A DNA stretch of 64,000 nt from Eledone cirrhosa (taxonomy: Eukaryota). Below are positions 12,796 through 26,340 of the stretch, in pieces. The notes under the pieces were generated by a model. The model did not search any database. It worked only from the letters and a program-made list of their open reading frames with translations, and was not told the origin of the DNA. Within the stretch, counting starts at the first letter, position 1, and each line of letters begins with the position of its first letter. The position numbers and the translations under genes were made by a program. The stretch lies in contig OZ024762.1 in assembly GCA_964016885.1 (NCBI GenBank), positions 558,001 through 622,000 on the forward strand, written 5' to 3'.

Positions 12796-13189
12796 ACCAG
12801 GTGACAGATAAAGTTTTATGACATTCTTGATGACTTTGCCACCACTACCTTCTCAGGAATATTTGGGCCAAGAAGTAGAAGGTGATATTATAGATATTCA
12901 ATAAAATCCTTCCTTACCTTTAAAAAAATAAATAACTTGTATGACAAGTAACCCTCTCTGGTAAGCTAGGCTGTCAGTATTTCAGTATATTGCACCTTTA
13001 TAAATAATAATGGTGCAAAGGTACGTGAATGAAGTAGTAGTGCTTAGGGTGTTAAGCTCCCGATCCTAAGGTTGTGGGTTCGATTTCCAAACCGGGTGAT
13101 GTGTTGTGTCCTTGAGCAAGGCATTTCAAACCACGCTGTTCCAGTTCACTTGGCTAAGTCCATTAATTTCAAGTCACTAACAACAGAAA

Positions 13190-13400
13190 CAAACAATAAC
13201 ATATATAAAGATCTATCAATTGAAATTGAGAAAATGTGACATCTTAAGGTCTGTACAATACAAGTGATAGTCGGTGTACTTGGAATGATAAAAAAGGGAA
13301 TTGAAAGATATTTGGACCAGATACCTGAAAAGCCATCTCTGCAAGAGATACAGAAAATAGTGCTGACTGGTACTGTCCCAGTACTAAGATCGGCAGCATT
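13190..13400 (+). mobile_element. R4/Dong-clade non-LTR retrotransposon 3' fragment (restriction-like endonuclease C-terminus), degenerate
   Basis: Manual translation YKDLSIEIEKM*HLKVCTIQVIVGVLGMIKKG...LQEIQKIVLTGTVPVLR matches KY.DL..EI..MW....VP.V.GALG...QK..L.GT..ILR. Confidence 0.75.
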
Positions 13401-13822
13401 ACTAATTTAAAAACTTTGCAAAGAAGACATTTACTTTTGTTTGTTCCCTTGTGGCATCATTTGTATGACAATTGATTGTAAAATGGGTGCATTATCAAAT
13501 TTTACCTCAGGTGCCAAAAAAAAAAAAAAAGAAATCCTGCCAAATCAATGGGTGGCACTAGTTCCAGCTGCCCACATCTAAAGACTGGTGAAGTGGTTCT
13601 GAGGACAATGTGACTTCGAAGATGATCAATGCAAATTGACAATGGAAAGGCGCTCTCGCTCGAGTTAGAAGAGAACTATTGACCTTCAGGAGAAGCAGTG
13701 ACCCCTGATTGTATTAGCAACCGAAATATGAAGTACACCAAATGATTTGGGAAAGAAGCAGAACTCAAAGGAAGTTTCAAATAGTAGTAGTAGTAGTAGT
13801 GGTATAGTAGTGGTGGTAGTAA

Positions 13823-13877
<55 letters not shown>

Positions 13878-13880
<3 letters not shown>

Positions 13881-14095
13881 TTCTGATTTAAGCACAAGGC
13901 CAGCAAATTTTAGGGAAGGGGAAAGTTGATTAAATCGACCCCAGTGCATTACTGGTACTTTATTTTATCGACCCCGTAAGGATGAACGGCTAAGTTAACC
14001 TCGGCGAGATTTGAACTCTGACTGTAAAGGGCCGTAAGTCTATGCTGCAAAGCATGGTGTCCAGCTCTCTACCGATACTGCCAATCCACCGCCCC
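13878..14095 (-). mobile_element. tRNA-derived SINE, family A, with an (ACT)n tail at 13782-13877
   Basis: Reverse complement of the 33627-33851 element. Has A-box/B-box-like head and central CATCCTTACGGGGTCGATAAAATAAAGTACCAG. Confidence 0.8.
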
Positions 14096-14616
14096 TAATA
14101 ATAATAATAACAATGGTTTCGGGTTTAGGTTCAGCAGGAATCGAACTCGCAACATTACAACGACCGTAAGCCCCCCCTTCCTCCCACCCCACCCTAACCA
14201 CTAAACCAAACACAGCCACAGGTAATCCAGGTAAATATCTTTACATCAACCAGCAAGGTATATAGTGACCCAATAGAACGGTAAAACTTGACTTCCTTGG
14301 AACAGCCAAGACACACACCAAAGACTTCGCTGCTGGAAAGATAAGAAACCAACTATTTTCCAAGATAACTAACCAGACAACCACCCAGGTAGTCGGCCCG
14401 GGGTGGAGGGTGGAGGGTGGAGGGTGGAGGATGGAGGGAGGGGGGGGGGGGGGGGGGGGAGAAGAGTTATAGAAAGCTTCTATGGTAGGTCTCTGGACAA
14501 CATCATCCATGTTTGTATATAAATGATGTTGTCCAGAAAAATGTATACACACATCCGTGTTTGTATATATATATATATATATATATACAAACACGGATGT
14601 GTGTATACATTTTTCT

Positions 14617-14651
<35 letters not shown>

Positions 14652-14726
14652 AAAGGTAAACAGAAATAACAACACAATCGGTACAGTACATATATATATA
14701 TAGAGAGAGAGAGATGAGAGGGAGAG

Positions 14727-14805
14727 AGGGTGTCCCAGAAAAATGTATACACACATAAACATCATTCTAATCAAAGTGTGTATATATTTTGAGGGGACAC
14801 CCTGT
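14727..14805. mobile_element. Tc1/mariner-type MITE remnant
   Basis: Inverted ends AGGGTGTCCC ... GGGACACCCTG-TA. Confidence 0.55.
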
Positions 14806-15522
14806 ATATATATATATAGAGAGAAACAGATAGATAGATGCTGGTTGTGATGGTGATGGTGATGTTGATGGTGTTGATGTTGATGGTGTTGATGGTGATG
14901 GTGGTGATGGTGGTGATGGTGATGGTGTTGTTGTTGTTGGTGGTGGTGGTGGTGATGAAAGTGATAGTGTTTGAGATGTTAATGATAGTGGTGGTAGTGG
15001 TGGTAGTTGTGGTGATGGTAGTGGTAGTGGTGGTAGTAGTGGTGGTGGTGGTGGTGGTGGTAGTGGTGGTGGTGGTGGTAGTGGTGGTGGTGGTGGTGGT
15101 GGTGGTGGTGGTAGTAGTAGTGGTGGTGGTGGTGGTGGTGGTGGTGGTGGTGGTGGTAGTAGTGGTGGTGGTAGTTGTGGTGGTAATCCAGGTTTGATGC
15201 CAACAAAGTCCAGTCTAGGTGAAATGAGGAGTCACGCTTGTAACCAAGTATGAAGGGTTGCTATCTCCCCACCCCACACCACACCTTCACTGAGGTGTGT
15301 GTGTGAGTGTGTGTGTGTGAGTGTGTGTGTGTGTGTGTGTGTACTGGGAGACTTCCATCTTCAAATCTCCACCTCACCTGGGATTTAGTTTAAAAAAACA
15401 GAATGCACACACACATATATATATATATGTGTGTGTATACATACATACATAAATGTATATGTATGCATACAAATATATGAATGTATACATACTTATATAC
15501 ATACATATATATACATATATAC

Positions 15523-15575
<53 letters not shown>

Positions 15576-15790
15576 CACACCCAGGGAATGTAACGTGATT
15601 ATATATATATATACATACACATATATATAAACTGTGAGAGTGATGAGCCTGTCATCTCTGTACAAACCACCTCCGAATGCAGGAAACTTTTCAATGTGTT
15701 TGCTTTTGGAGTATAAACAGGCCTATGAGGTCCGTGACTTCGGCTGGATCGGTAGAACCCATACTAACTTCAAACGCTGAAACCGGGGCT

Positions 15791-15832
<42 letters not shown>

Positions 15833-15903
15833 TCTGTCTGTACATTGACTTCTCATATTGGTACAACAACCAGTAATACACTGAATCATATACACCACAC
15901 ACA

Positions 15904-17090
15904 ATCATCATCATCATCATCATTTTACGTCCGCTTTTCCCTGCTTGCAAGGGTGGGACGGGTCCTATTTAACACAGCATCTCTCCACTTGTCACGGTCC
16001 TTCGTCATCTCCTCTGTGAGTTTCAGCGATCTGAGGTCTGCCCTCACCACCTCCGCATATCTTTTGCAGTTGTGCTGCCCATGTCTCACTACCATGCAGC
16101 ATCACCCATCTCACACAGGCATCATATAACCGTCCTTTCGTACGCAGGCAGAAACCCTTCTTTGTCAACAGAGGAAGCAGCTTCCTAAACTTCTTCCAAC
16201 CAGTCCTTATTCTAGATACTATGGCCTCGGACCCCCCCCCCCCCCATGCTAATCTGATCACCTAGGTACCGGAAGCTATCCACCACTTCTATAGAACCCA
16301 CCTGCATTGGAACAATGAGTCTATCACAGCGATTATTACTACTGCCAACTTTCCCTGTACATCTACTGCATACGTAGTTTTCCCTACCAGTTAGTTTGCC
16401 TGCTATCCCATTACATCTCTTGTGTACCCAAGATCTGCATTGCGTACATTTTATGGAATTTATGCCAGTTTCTTTCCTACATATCGAACATGGCCGTTTC
16501 CCTGATGGAATCAGAGTATTGTCCTCTCTTCTACTTATCAACACTTTTTTTTTAGCTATGTTCACTCTCAGCACTCTTGATTCCAACTGCTGTTTCCATA
16601 GCCAGAATTTATTCTCTAGCTCCTCTACTGATTCTGCTATAAGAACCAGATCATCAGCAAAGAGAAGTTCCCATGGGCATCCGGTCTTAAACTCCTCTGT
16701 TATGGCTTGGAGGACTATAATGAACATCTACTTGTATCTGGAATTCCTCACTAAACTCTATTCCTATTCTCACTTATCGAACATGGCCGTTTCCCTGTAC
16801 ATAGCTTGCACTGTCCTCACAAGCCATTCCTCTACACCTAGTTTCCTTAGGGACCACCAGATGACAGATCGGGGTACCCTATCAAAGGCCTTCTCTAAGT
16901 TAACAAAAGCTAAGTATAGTGGTTTATTCTTCTCTAAGAACCTCTCTTGTAGTTGTCTCACTAAGAAGAGGGCATCTGTTGTACTTTTCCGAGGCACAAA
17001 ACCTAACTGCATCTCATCTAAATTGACCCTTTCTCTAATCAGTTGTGCTAATATTCTCTCTGCCACTTTCATAACTTGATCCATCAGCTT
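15904..17090 (-). mobile_element. RTE-clade LINE, reverse-transcriptase half with internal deletions and a (GAT)n tail
   Basis: Motifs [48 protein letters not shown] and MLHGSETW; Cys/His finger after the FADD motif. Confidence 0.92.
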
Positions 17091-17154
17091 ATACATATAT
17101 ATATATACATATATATATATATGTATATACATATATATATATATATATGTATAT

Positions 17155-17239
<85 letters not shown>

Positions 17240-17354
17240 CATGTATATATACATATGTATATACATATATATATACATATATATATATACATACATATAT
17301 ATATATATACATATGTATATACATATATATATACATATATACATATGTATATAC

Positions 17355-17385
<31 letters not shown>

Positions 17386-17424
17386 CATATGTATATACAT
17401 ATATATATACATATATATATATAC

Positions 17425-17457
<33 letters not shown>

Positions 17458-17777
17458 GTGTAATTAAATTCCAAACTGTCACAGTTATTCATTACATCAA
17501 CGAAACATGTTTCACTGGCTCTATCAGATCTTCAGTCTAGAATTTCAAAGATGGCTGGACAAATTCAATGACACACGTACCACCACCCTTAATTTGTTTT
17601 TCTTTTTTCCTCTCCTTTATCTTTCTTTTTGTGTGTCTTTGTTTCTCATTCTGCTTTTTGATGAAGGACTAGTGTCTGAAACGTTAAGACTCTTTTCCTA
17701 CTATATCAAGCGATAAACGCTAAGATATATCTTTATTGTATTGTTTGCTATGTGAGTGAGTGAGTGAGTGAGTGAGT

Positions 17778-17831
<54 letters not shown>

Positions 17832-18053
17832 TTTGTAAACAGAACTGTGAAAATATAGATATAAATTTACATATAAATGTTGTTGTTGGTGGTGGTGGTG
17901 GTGGGTGTAATGGTAGTAGTAGTGGTGGTGTTGTAGATAGTATATGTGGTGGTGTAGTGGTGGTATTGGAGGTAATATTGGTGATAGTATTGGTAGTGTT
18001 GGTGGCAGTGGTGGTGGAGACAGGTGGCGGTGGTGGTGGTGGAGACAGGTGTC

Positions 18054-18107
<54 letters not shown>

Positions 18108-18127
18108 GGTGGAGACAGGTGTCGGTG

Positions 18128-18159
<32 letters not shown>

Positions 18160-18370
18160 GGCGGGCGGAACAGTAAAAAAACCTCCTCTGATATCGGAAA
18201 CCTTGAACTTCAAAGACACAGCGGCAATATATCAAAACTGCGTCCGGAGGTTGCAATATACGCCCCCCACCCCATATACATATATATATATACACATATA
18301 TATATACGTATATTTATATATATATATACATATATACATATATACATATATAAGAATATTTATATATCTA

Positions 18371-18401
<31 letters not shown>

Positions 18402-19008
18402 GGTGGCTGCCAACTCGTTTTCGAGTACGGCCACTACTTTATATCCATATAGGAGAACCCCTACAGATGCACTGAACGAGTGTGACCTTTTAGTCCAGCC
18501 AGCGACTTGAAAACTCTGGTACAAACACCACACTTGTGACAAATATTGACACATAGTGCTGGGGCCATGGTACCCTGTGACGACAAGTGCAGAGAGATCT
18601 CCAGATATAAAGCAATGCCTGTGCCGTGAAGCTTTTATAGTGAGCAAAGGCACTGCACAAAGCCAGTCCCACTCTCTTAACCAAGATGATATTTACCAAA
18701 AAGAAGAACAAGTCAACATCATTGGATACCATCAGAGTTGCAGGTGTTATATCAGAGTTTTCCTTCTCCTAGAATTCTGCCTTGACAAAGGCTAAGGGGT
18801 CATCTCTCCCGGTGATTTTGGATGGCCATTGACTCTTAAGAGCTCCTTTGCCCTTTGACAGGTCTTGTTTTTAGTCCTGCAGGATGTCCAAAGTCACCCT
18901 CCTCACCAAGAAACCTTGGTGGGGTTGCCAGTTTAGTCGCCAACGACCCGACCATGGGACAGGTTGTACTGGGATACATGTTACCAGTAGCACCAACTGG
19001 TGACCTGA
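18402..19008 (-). mobile_element. Short, probably non-autonomous RTE-related element; second copy at 52405-52730
   Basis: 18402-18727 is near-identical to 52405-52730. One frame gives CSVCTRVFKSLAGLKLH, like the C-terminal C2H2 finger of RTE/BovB-type ORFs. Confidence 0.6.
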
Positions 19009-19041
19009 CATAATATATATATACATATATATATACATATA

Positions 19042-19085
<44 letters not shown>

Positions 19086-19347
19086 TATATATATATATAC
19101 ATATACACACACACATATAAACATATATATTGATACATATGTTTATACACACGCTACAGCAAGAGAGAGGGGTGTGGTTTTGCTGTAGGTAACTGAAGAA
19201 TACACAGGGCGTACGTACTTGTATATTTGTGTCTTATGTATGGCACTATATATATGTGTAGACACACACACATATGTATGTATATAGATAAATATATGTA
19301 TACATACACACACACGCACACACATTTATATATATATCTCTCTCTCT

Positions 19348-19413
<66 letters not shown>

Positions 19414-19706
19414 TATATTAATACCCCGTCGCATACCATAAACGTAAGATGCCACGACGTGGAGTGCTTACATTTGAGTACACGAAAGTAGGTTGATTGC
19501 TGGGTAAAAGACCCCTAGAGAGGAATTTTCAAGATTTTATCGACTTGAAATGCTCATTTGCATATAGTGTGAACTATATGCAAATGACCATATAGTGGGA
19601 TATATGCAAATGAGCATATAGTCTGATTTTTGCAAATGAGCTTAATCAGCAAATATTCATCCCACATAATCTATAGAGACCCTTGTCTAGGTTCATCTCA
19701 GTAGAC

Positions 19707-20260
19707 AGACAGTTACATAGAGTTACATAGAGTTACATAGAGTTACATACAGTTACATAGAGATACATACAGTTACATAGAGTTACATACAGTTACATAG
19801 AGATACATACAGTTACATAGAGATACATACAGTTACATAGAGATACATACAGTTACATAGAGATACATACAGTTACATAGAGATACATACAGTTACATAG
19901 AGTTACATACAGTTACATAGAGATACATACAGTTACATAGAGATACATACAGTTACATAGAGATACATAGAGTTACATAGAGATACATAGAGATACATAG
20001 AGTTACATAGAGTTACATACACTGACATAGAGATACATACAGTTACATAGAGTTACATAGAGATACATAGAGTTACATACAGTTACATAGAGATACATAC
20101 AGTTACATAGAGTTACATACAGTTACATACACTGACATAGAGATACATACAGTTACATAGAGATACATAGTTACATACACTGATATACACTGACATACAC
20201 TGACATACAGATACATACACTGACATACAGTTAAATACAGTTACATACACACAGTTACAC
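19707..20260. repeat. 10-bp minisatellite AG(T/A)TACATA(G/C)
   Basis: Seen directly; about 50 units. Confidence 0.95.
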
Positions 20261-23090
20261 CACCACACCACACTACCACCTACACTACCACACCACACCA
20301 CCACACCACCACCTACACTACCACACCACACCACCACACCACCACACCACCACCTACACTACCACACCACACCACCACCACACTACACTACACCACCACA
20401 CCACCACCCCAACACACCACCACATCACACCACCACACCACCACCAACACCACCACACTACCACACCACCAAACCACACCACCACCAACACCACCACACT
20501 ACCACACCACCACCACAACACACCACCACCACACCACACTGCCACCACACCATCACACCACCACCACACTGCCACCACACCATCACACCACCACCACATT
20601 ACCACCACACCACAACCTACACTACCACAACACACCACCTACACTACCTCCTATCCACTACCACCACACCACTACCAACACTACCACCACAACACACCAC
20701 CAACACTACCTCCTATACACCACCACCAACACCACCACCACAACACACCACCTACACTACCTCCTATACACTACCACCACACCACCACCACAACACACCA
20801 CCTACACTACCTCCTATACACTACCACCACACCACCACCACAACACACCACCTACACTACCTCCTATACATTACCACCACACCACCACCAACACTACCTC
20901 CTATACACTACCACCACACCACCACCACAACACACCACCAACACTACCGCCTATACACTACCACCACACCACCACCAACACCACCAACACTACCGCCTAT
21001 ACACCACCACCACACCACCACCAACACCACCAACACTACCGCCTATACACCACCACCACACCAGCACCAACACCACCAACACTACCGCCTATACACCACC
21101 ACCACACCACCACCAACACCACCAACACTACCGCCTATACACCACCACCACACCACCACCAACACCACCAACACTACCGCCTATACACCACCACCAACAC
21201 CACCAACACTACCGCCTATACACCACCACCACACCACCACCAACACCACCAACACTACCGCCTATACACTCATTATCCAGTATTACATCCGTTACAGACA
21301 ACAAGTCTCCTCAATAGCTCAGCTTTGACTCACTGACCTAACCATACCATTGATGGCGGTGTAGTGTAGTGTGGTGGTGGTGTGGTGTAGTGTAGTGTGG
21401 TGGTGGTGGAGTAGTGTAGTGTGGTGGTGGTGTGGTGGTGGTGTAGACTGGTGGTGCTGGTGTGGTGTAGTGTGGTGGTGGTGTGGTGGTGGTATAGTGT
21501 GGTGGTGGTGTGGTGGTGGTGTAGACTGGTGGTGGTGGTGTGGTGTAGTGTGGTGGTGGTGTGGTGGTGGTATAGTGTGGTGGTGTAGTGTAGTGTGGTG
21601 GTGGTGGAGTAGTGTAGTGTGGTGGTGGTGTGGTGGTGGTGTAGACTGGTGGTGGTGGTGTGGTGTAGTGTGGTGGTGGTGTGGTGGTGGTATAGTGTGG
21701 TGGTGGTGTGGTGGTGGTGTAGACTGGTGGTGGTGGTGTGGTGTAGTGTGGTGGTGGTGTGGTGGTGGTATAGTGTGGTGGTGTAGTGTAGTGTGGTGGT
21801 GGTGTGGTGGTGGTATAGTGTGGTGGTGGTGTGGTCGTGGTGTAGACTGGTGGTGGTGGTGTGGTGGTGGTATAGTGTGGCGGTGTAGTGTAGTGTGGTG
21901 GTGGTGTGGTGGTGTGGTGGTGTGGTGTAGTGTGGTGGTGGTGTGGTGGTGGTGGTGTAGTGTAGTGTGGTGGTGGTGGTGTGGTGTAGTGTGGTGGTGG
22001 TGTGGTGGTGTGGTGGTGGTGGTTTGGTGGTGTGGTGTAGTGTGGTGGTGTGGTGGTGGTGTGGTGGTGTGGTGGTGTGGTGGTGCTGTAGTGTAGTGTG
22101 GTGGTGGTGGTGTGGTTGTGTTGTTGTGGTGTTGTGGTGGTGTGGTGGTGGTGTGGTGGTGTGGTGTGGTGGTGTAGTGGTGGTGGTGGTGGTGGTGTAG
22201 TGTGGTGGTGGTGGTGGTGTAGTGCTGTAGTGTAGTGTGGTGGTGGTGTGGTGGTGTAGTGGTGTGGTGGTGTGATGTGGTGGTATGGTGGTGTGGTGGT
22301 GTAGTGTAGTGTGGTGGTGGTGTGGTGCTGTAGTGTAGTGTGGTGGTGGTGTGGTGCTGAAGTGTAGTGTGGTGGTGGTGTGGTGGTGGTAGTGGTGTGG
22401 TGTAGTGTGGTGGTGGTGTTAGTGGTGTGGTGGTGTGGTGGTGTAGTGTAGTGTGGTGGTGGTGTTAGTGGTGTGGTGGTGGTGTTAGTGGTGTGGTGGT
22501 GGTGTAGTGTGGTGTGGTAGTGTGGAGGTGTGGTGTGGTGTGGTCAAGACTCACTGACCTAAGCATACCATTGTTGGTGATGGCGTGGTGGTGTTACTGA
22601 TGGGGGCGGTGGTGTGGTGTGGGGTTGGTGTAGTGGTGTAGTGTGGTGGTGGTGGTGGTTGGTGTAGTGGTGTGCTGGTGTGGTGGTGTTGGTGTGGTGG
22701 TGTAGTGGTGGTGGTGGTGTGTTGGTGTGGTGGTGTGGTGGTGGAGGTGTGTTGGTGTGGTGGTGTAGTGGTGGTGGTGGTGGTGTGTTGGTGTGATGGT
22801 GTTGGTGTGGTGGTGTAGTGGTGGTGGTGGTGGTGTGTTGGTGTGGTGGTGGTGGTGTGGTGGTGTTGGTGTGGTGGTGTAGTGGTGGTGGTGGTGGTGT
22901 GCTGGTGTGGTAGTGTTGGTGTTGTGGTGGTGGTGTGGAGGTGTGGTGGTGGTGTGGTGTAGTGTGGTGGTGTAGTTGTAGTGGTGGTGTGGTGGTGTAG
23001 TGGTGTGGTGGTGTGGTGTAGTCAAGACTCACTGACCTAAACATACCACTGGTGGTGGTGTTGTGGTAGTAGTAGTAGTAGTAGTAGTAG
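20260..23090. repeat. CAC-rich low-complexity tract (20260-21263) followed by a GTG-rich tract (21361-23070)
   Basis: Seen directly; separated by a unique island of about 100 bp. Confidence 0.9.
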
Positions 23091-23794
23091 TTTCTGTACT
23101 TGCATCATCAAATTCAACCGAGTGACCCAAACTTGCGGCAGTTTAAGTTGTTGTTGTTGTTAGTGTTAACGGGGGGGGGGTAGTGAATTTTAGGTGTGAC
23201 AGGGGGCGTGTAGGTATTGGTAGTTGTGGTGATGGTGATGGTGGTGGTGGAGGTGATGATGATTGTGATGGTGGTAGTGATGATGTAGTTGTGGTGATGG
23301 TAGTGGTGGTGGTATTTATATTGATGGTATTGAGTTCATTGGGCTTTTCCACCACCTCCATCACAATCACCTTGACCACCACCAGCACCACCACCATCTC
23401 CACCACCACACCATCTCCACCACCACCACCACCAACACCACCACCACCACCACCACACCATCACCACCATACCATCACCATCACCACCACCATCACCCCC
23501 ACCCCGTCACCACCACACCACCACCACCACACCACTACACCACCACACCAACACCACACCACCACCACCATCACCATTGGTCTATTTTTTATTTTAAAAC
23601 GTCATCAAGTTTATCTGGTTTCCTGTAATTAAATCGATAGTTTAATGGAGTTGTTGTTGTTGAAGGTGTTTTGGTGGTGGTGGTGGTGGTGGTGGTGTTG
23701 GTGATGGTGGTGGTGGTGGTGGTGATGGTGATGGTGGTGATGGTGATGGTAGTGGTGGTGGTGGTTGGGATGATTTGAAATACACACACACTAC

Positions 23795-23842
<48 letters not shown>

Positions 23843-24135
23843 TATATATATATACACACACACACACTCATATATATATATACACATGCACACACATACA
23901 CAGAAAGAGATAAACGAAAATGTGAACTCTTTTATATGTATGTAAACTATGTTCTCTTATTAATATACATCTTAATTTTATTATACACTTTTAATCATAT
24001 ATCCTGCAGCATGAAGAAACCTAACAACTTTGGCTGAAACCGGTACAATTAGTTGCCTTTTGTAAATAAATGTTTAGCTGTCATTCTATGAGAAAATCCC
24101 ATTAGCATTTTCTACTGTTTTTTTATATTTTCTTA

Positions 24136-24254
<119 letters not shown>

Positions 24255-24329
24255 AGACAGCTCACACCTATGCAGGTTTAGCTGGCCTCCTCCAAGGTAT
24301 ATCTCGTTGGAGGTGTCTTAGGTGATTTA

Positions 24330-24470
24330 ATGATAGGGACCCCAGTCCCTATCATCTCATTTCTACAGCTGAGTAAACTGGAGCAATGTGAAATAAAGTG
24401 TCTTGCTCAAGGAAACAACACATCACCCGGTCCGAGAATTGAACACACAACCTTTCTATTGCAAGCCCAG
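24330..24470 (-). mobile_element. tRNA-derived SINE, family B (CORE-like body)
   Basis: Reverse complement of 24990-25117. Other copies at about 6660-6730, 9660-9750, 13040-13150 and 60640-60695. Confidence 0.75.
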
Positions 24471-24777
24471 AACTTGCTTTAATGGCTAGTAATTCCTTCT
24501 TTCATTCATTTGTTTATTCCTGCTCTGCTTGAACATTATACTAAATATTAAATCCTCTCTAATATTTAACTCTACTAACCCAAGCATTGAGCACACTCCG
24601 CTTCAGCTGTTGACATTTAGTAATCTGTATCGCACTCCTCTGTATCTCTCTACCTCCTCCCCCTCTACCATATTCCCCAACAGATGTCAACATGAATGGA
24701 CCTGTTATTTTTATCTAAAGACATTTTTTCCAATTCCAACCCGCCCGTTCCCTCAATCTATCTTATTTCTCATTCTT

Positions 24778-24813
24778 TCTTCTGATGAAGGACTAGTGTC
24801 CGAAACGTTAAGA
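24778..24813 (+). ncRNA. Minimal type-I hammerhead ribozyme motif, same family as 43161
   Basis: TCTT-CTGATGA-A-GGAC(TAGT)GTCC-GAAA-CG-TT-AAGA. Core-mutated copies at 7081-7116 and 17655-17689. Confidence 0.68.
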
Positions 24814-24923
24814 CCCTCTTCCTGCTATATCAAGCGTTAACCTAATATATCCCTTCCATATACTGTACCCATTGTGTTGGTATTTCTGTTTACCTTTTAT
24901 ATATATATATAAGCCATGTGGCT

Positions 24924-24959
<36 letters not shown>

Positions 24960-24961
<2 letters not shown>

Positions 24962-25296
24962 AGGCACATGGCTTAGTGGTTAGAGCAATCGAAAGGTTGT
25001 GAGTTCAATTCTCAGACCGGGTGATGTGTTGTTTCCTTGAACAAGACACTTTATTTCACATTGTTCCAATTTGCTCAGCTGTAGAAATGAGATGATAGGA
25101 CTGGGTCCCTCTCATTCCACTGCAAAGTGGTCGTGGAGGTGCCACGGCAAAAAAGCACCCACCACTCACTGTAAATGAGGTTGGTGTTAGGAAGGGCATC
25201 CAGCTGTAGAAATCAAGCCAGAATCAGTTCCCGTCCCACCCTTGCAAGCAGGGAAAAGCAAACGTAAAATGATGATGATGATGATGATGATGATGA
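24960..25296 (+). mobile_element. tRNA-derived SINE, family B, with an RTE-derived 3' tail
   Basis: A-box TGGCTTAGTGG, B-box GAGTTCAATTC, body TGTTGTTTCCTTGAACAAGACACTT. The 3' end CCCGTCCCACCCTTGCAAGCAGGGAAAAGC..CGTAAAA(TGA)n matches the LINE end at 15904-15962. Confidence 0.8.
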
Positions 25297-25585
25297 TATA
25301 GTGTTATATATATTGTTATATTTGGGGAGAGTCATATTGTTATAATATTGCCAGAAATAATTAAAAAAAACTCATTGTTTGGTTTGGATTGGTTTTCACT
25401 TCTGTATCTTTTATATCTCCATAGTTACTTTATCTGGCAATCAATGTTTATCATTGATTGACCAACAGTTACAAATACAGATATAAATATATATATAGAG
25501 TCTATCAAAGTTCTTTCGTCACACACTTGTGACACCATCAGTGGTACTATTACGTTTCCTCCTGTTGTATTGTAAAGTCTACACC

Positions 25586-25657
<72 letters not shown>

Positions 25658-25898
25658 AATATCTCCCATGTTTATCACGTGGTTACTTTAGCAGCAGCAT
25701 CAGCAGGAGCGAGGAAGGAAGTGGAAATGAGAGTTAAAACAAAAGAGTTCAGCGTCCTATTAATAGTGTTACTCTTCTGCTTTTGGTGGTAGGTTAAGTA
25801 CAATGATCAATTTTCAAAGGAATCAAAAGTATCTTTTTTTTAAGTCAGAAATTATTTCATCTTTCTATGGATGCCAGATGTGGCGTCCGCTCTACCTG

Positions 25899-25952
<54 letters not shown>

Positions 25953-25958
25953 GGTGTG

Positions 25959-25998
<40 letters not shown>

Positions 25999-26004
25999 GG
26001 TGTG

Positions 26005-26039
<35 letters not shown>

Positions 26040-26072
26040 ATGTATATATATGTGTGTATAAATGTATGTATA

Positions 26073-26114
<42 letters not shown>

Positions 26115-26122
26115 GGGGTGTG

Positions 26123-26158
<36 letters not shown>

Positions 26159-26159
26159 G

Positions 26160-26199
<40 letters not shown>

Positions 26200-26282
26200 A
26201 TGTATATATATGTGTGTATAAATGTATGTATATATATATGTGTATATATATATGTATATACATATGTATATATATATACATA

Positions 26283-26340
<58 letters not shown>

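Noticed and set aside
16396-17079. 227-aa plus-strand ORF
   Set aside because: Antisense shadow of the RTE reverse-transcriptase fragment.
18915-19008. Possible HDV-like ribozyme at the 5' end of the RTE-related element (minus strand)
   Set aside because: P2-, P3- and P4-like pairings can be drawn, but I could not find a P1 helix, so the fold is not supported by eye.
24960-25020. tRNA genes suggested by A/B boxes (also 33627-33720)
   Set aside because: No complete cloverleaf; the sequence continues into dispersed SINE bodies.
25727-25792. Signal-peptide-like mini-[24 protein letters not shown] on the plus strand
   Set aside because: Only 21 codons with a weak possible donor and no downstream exon found; compatible with chance.
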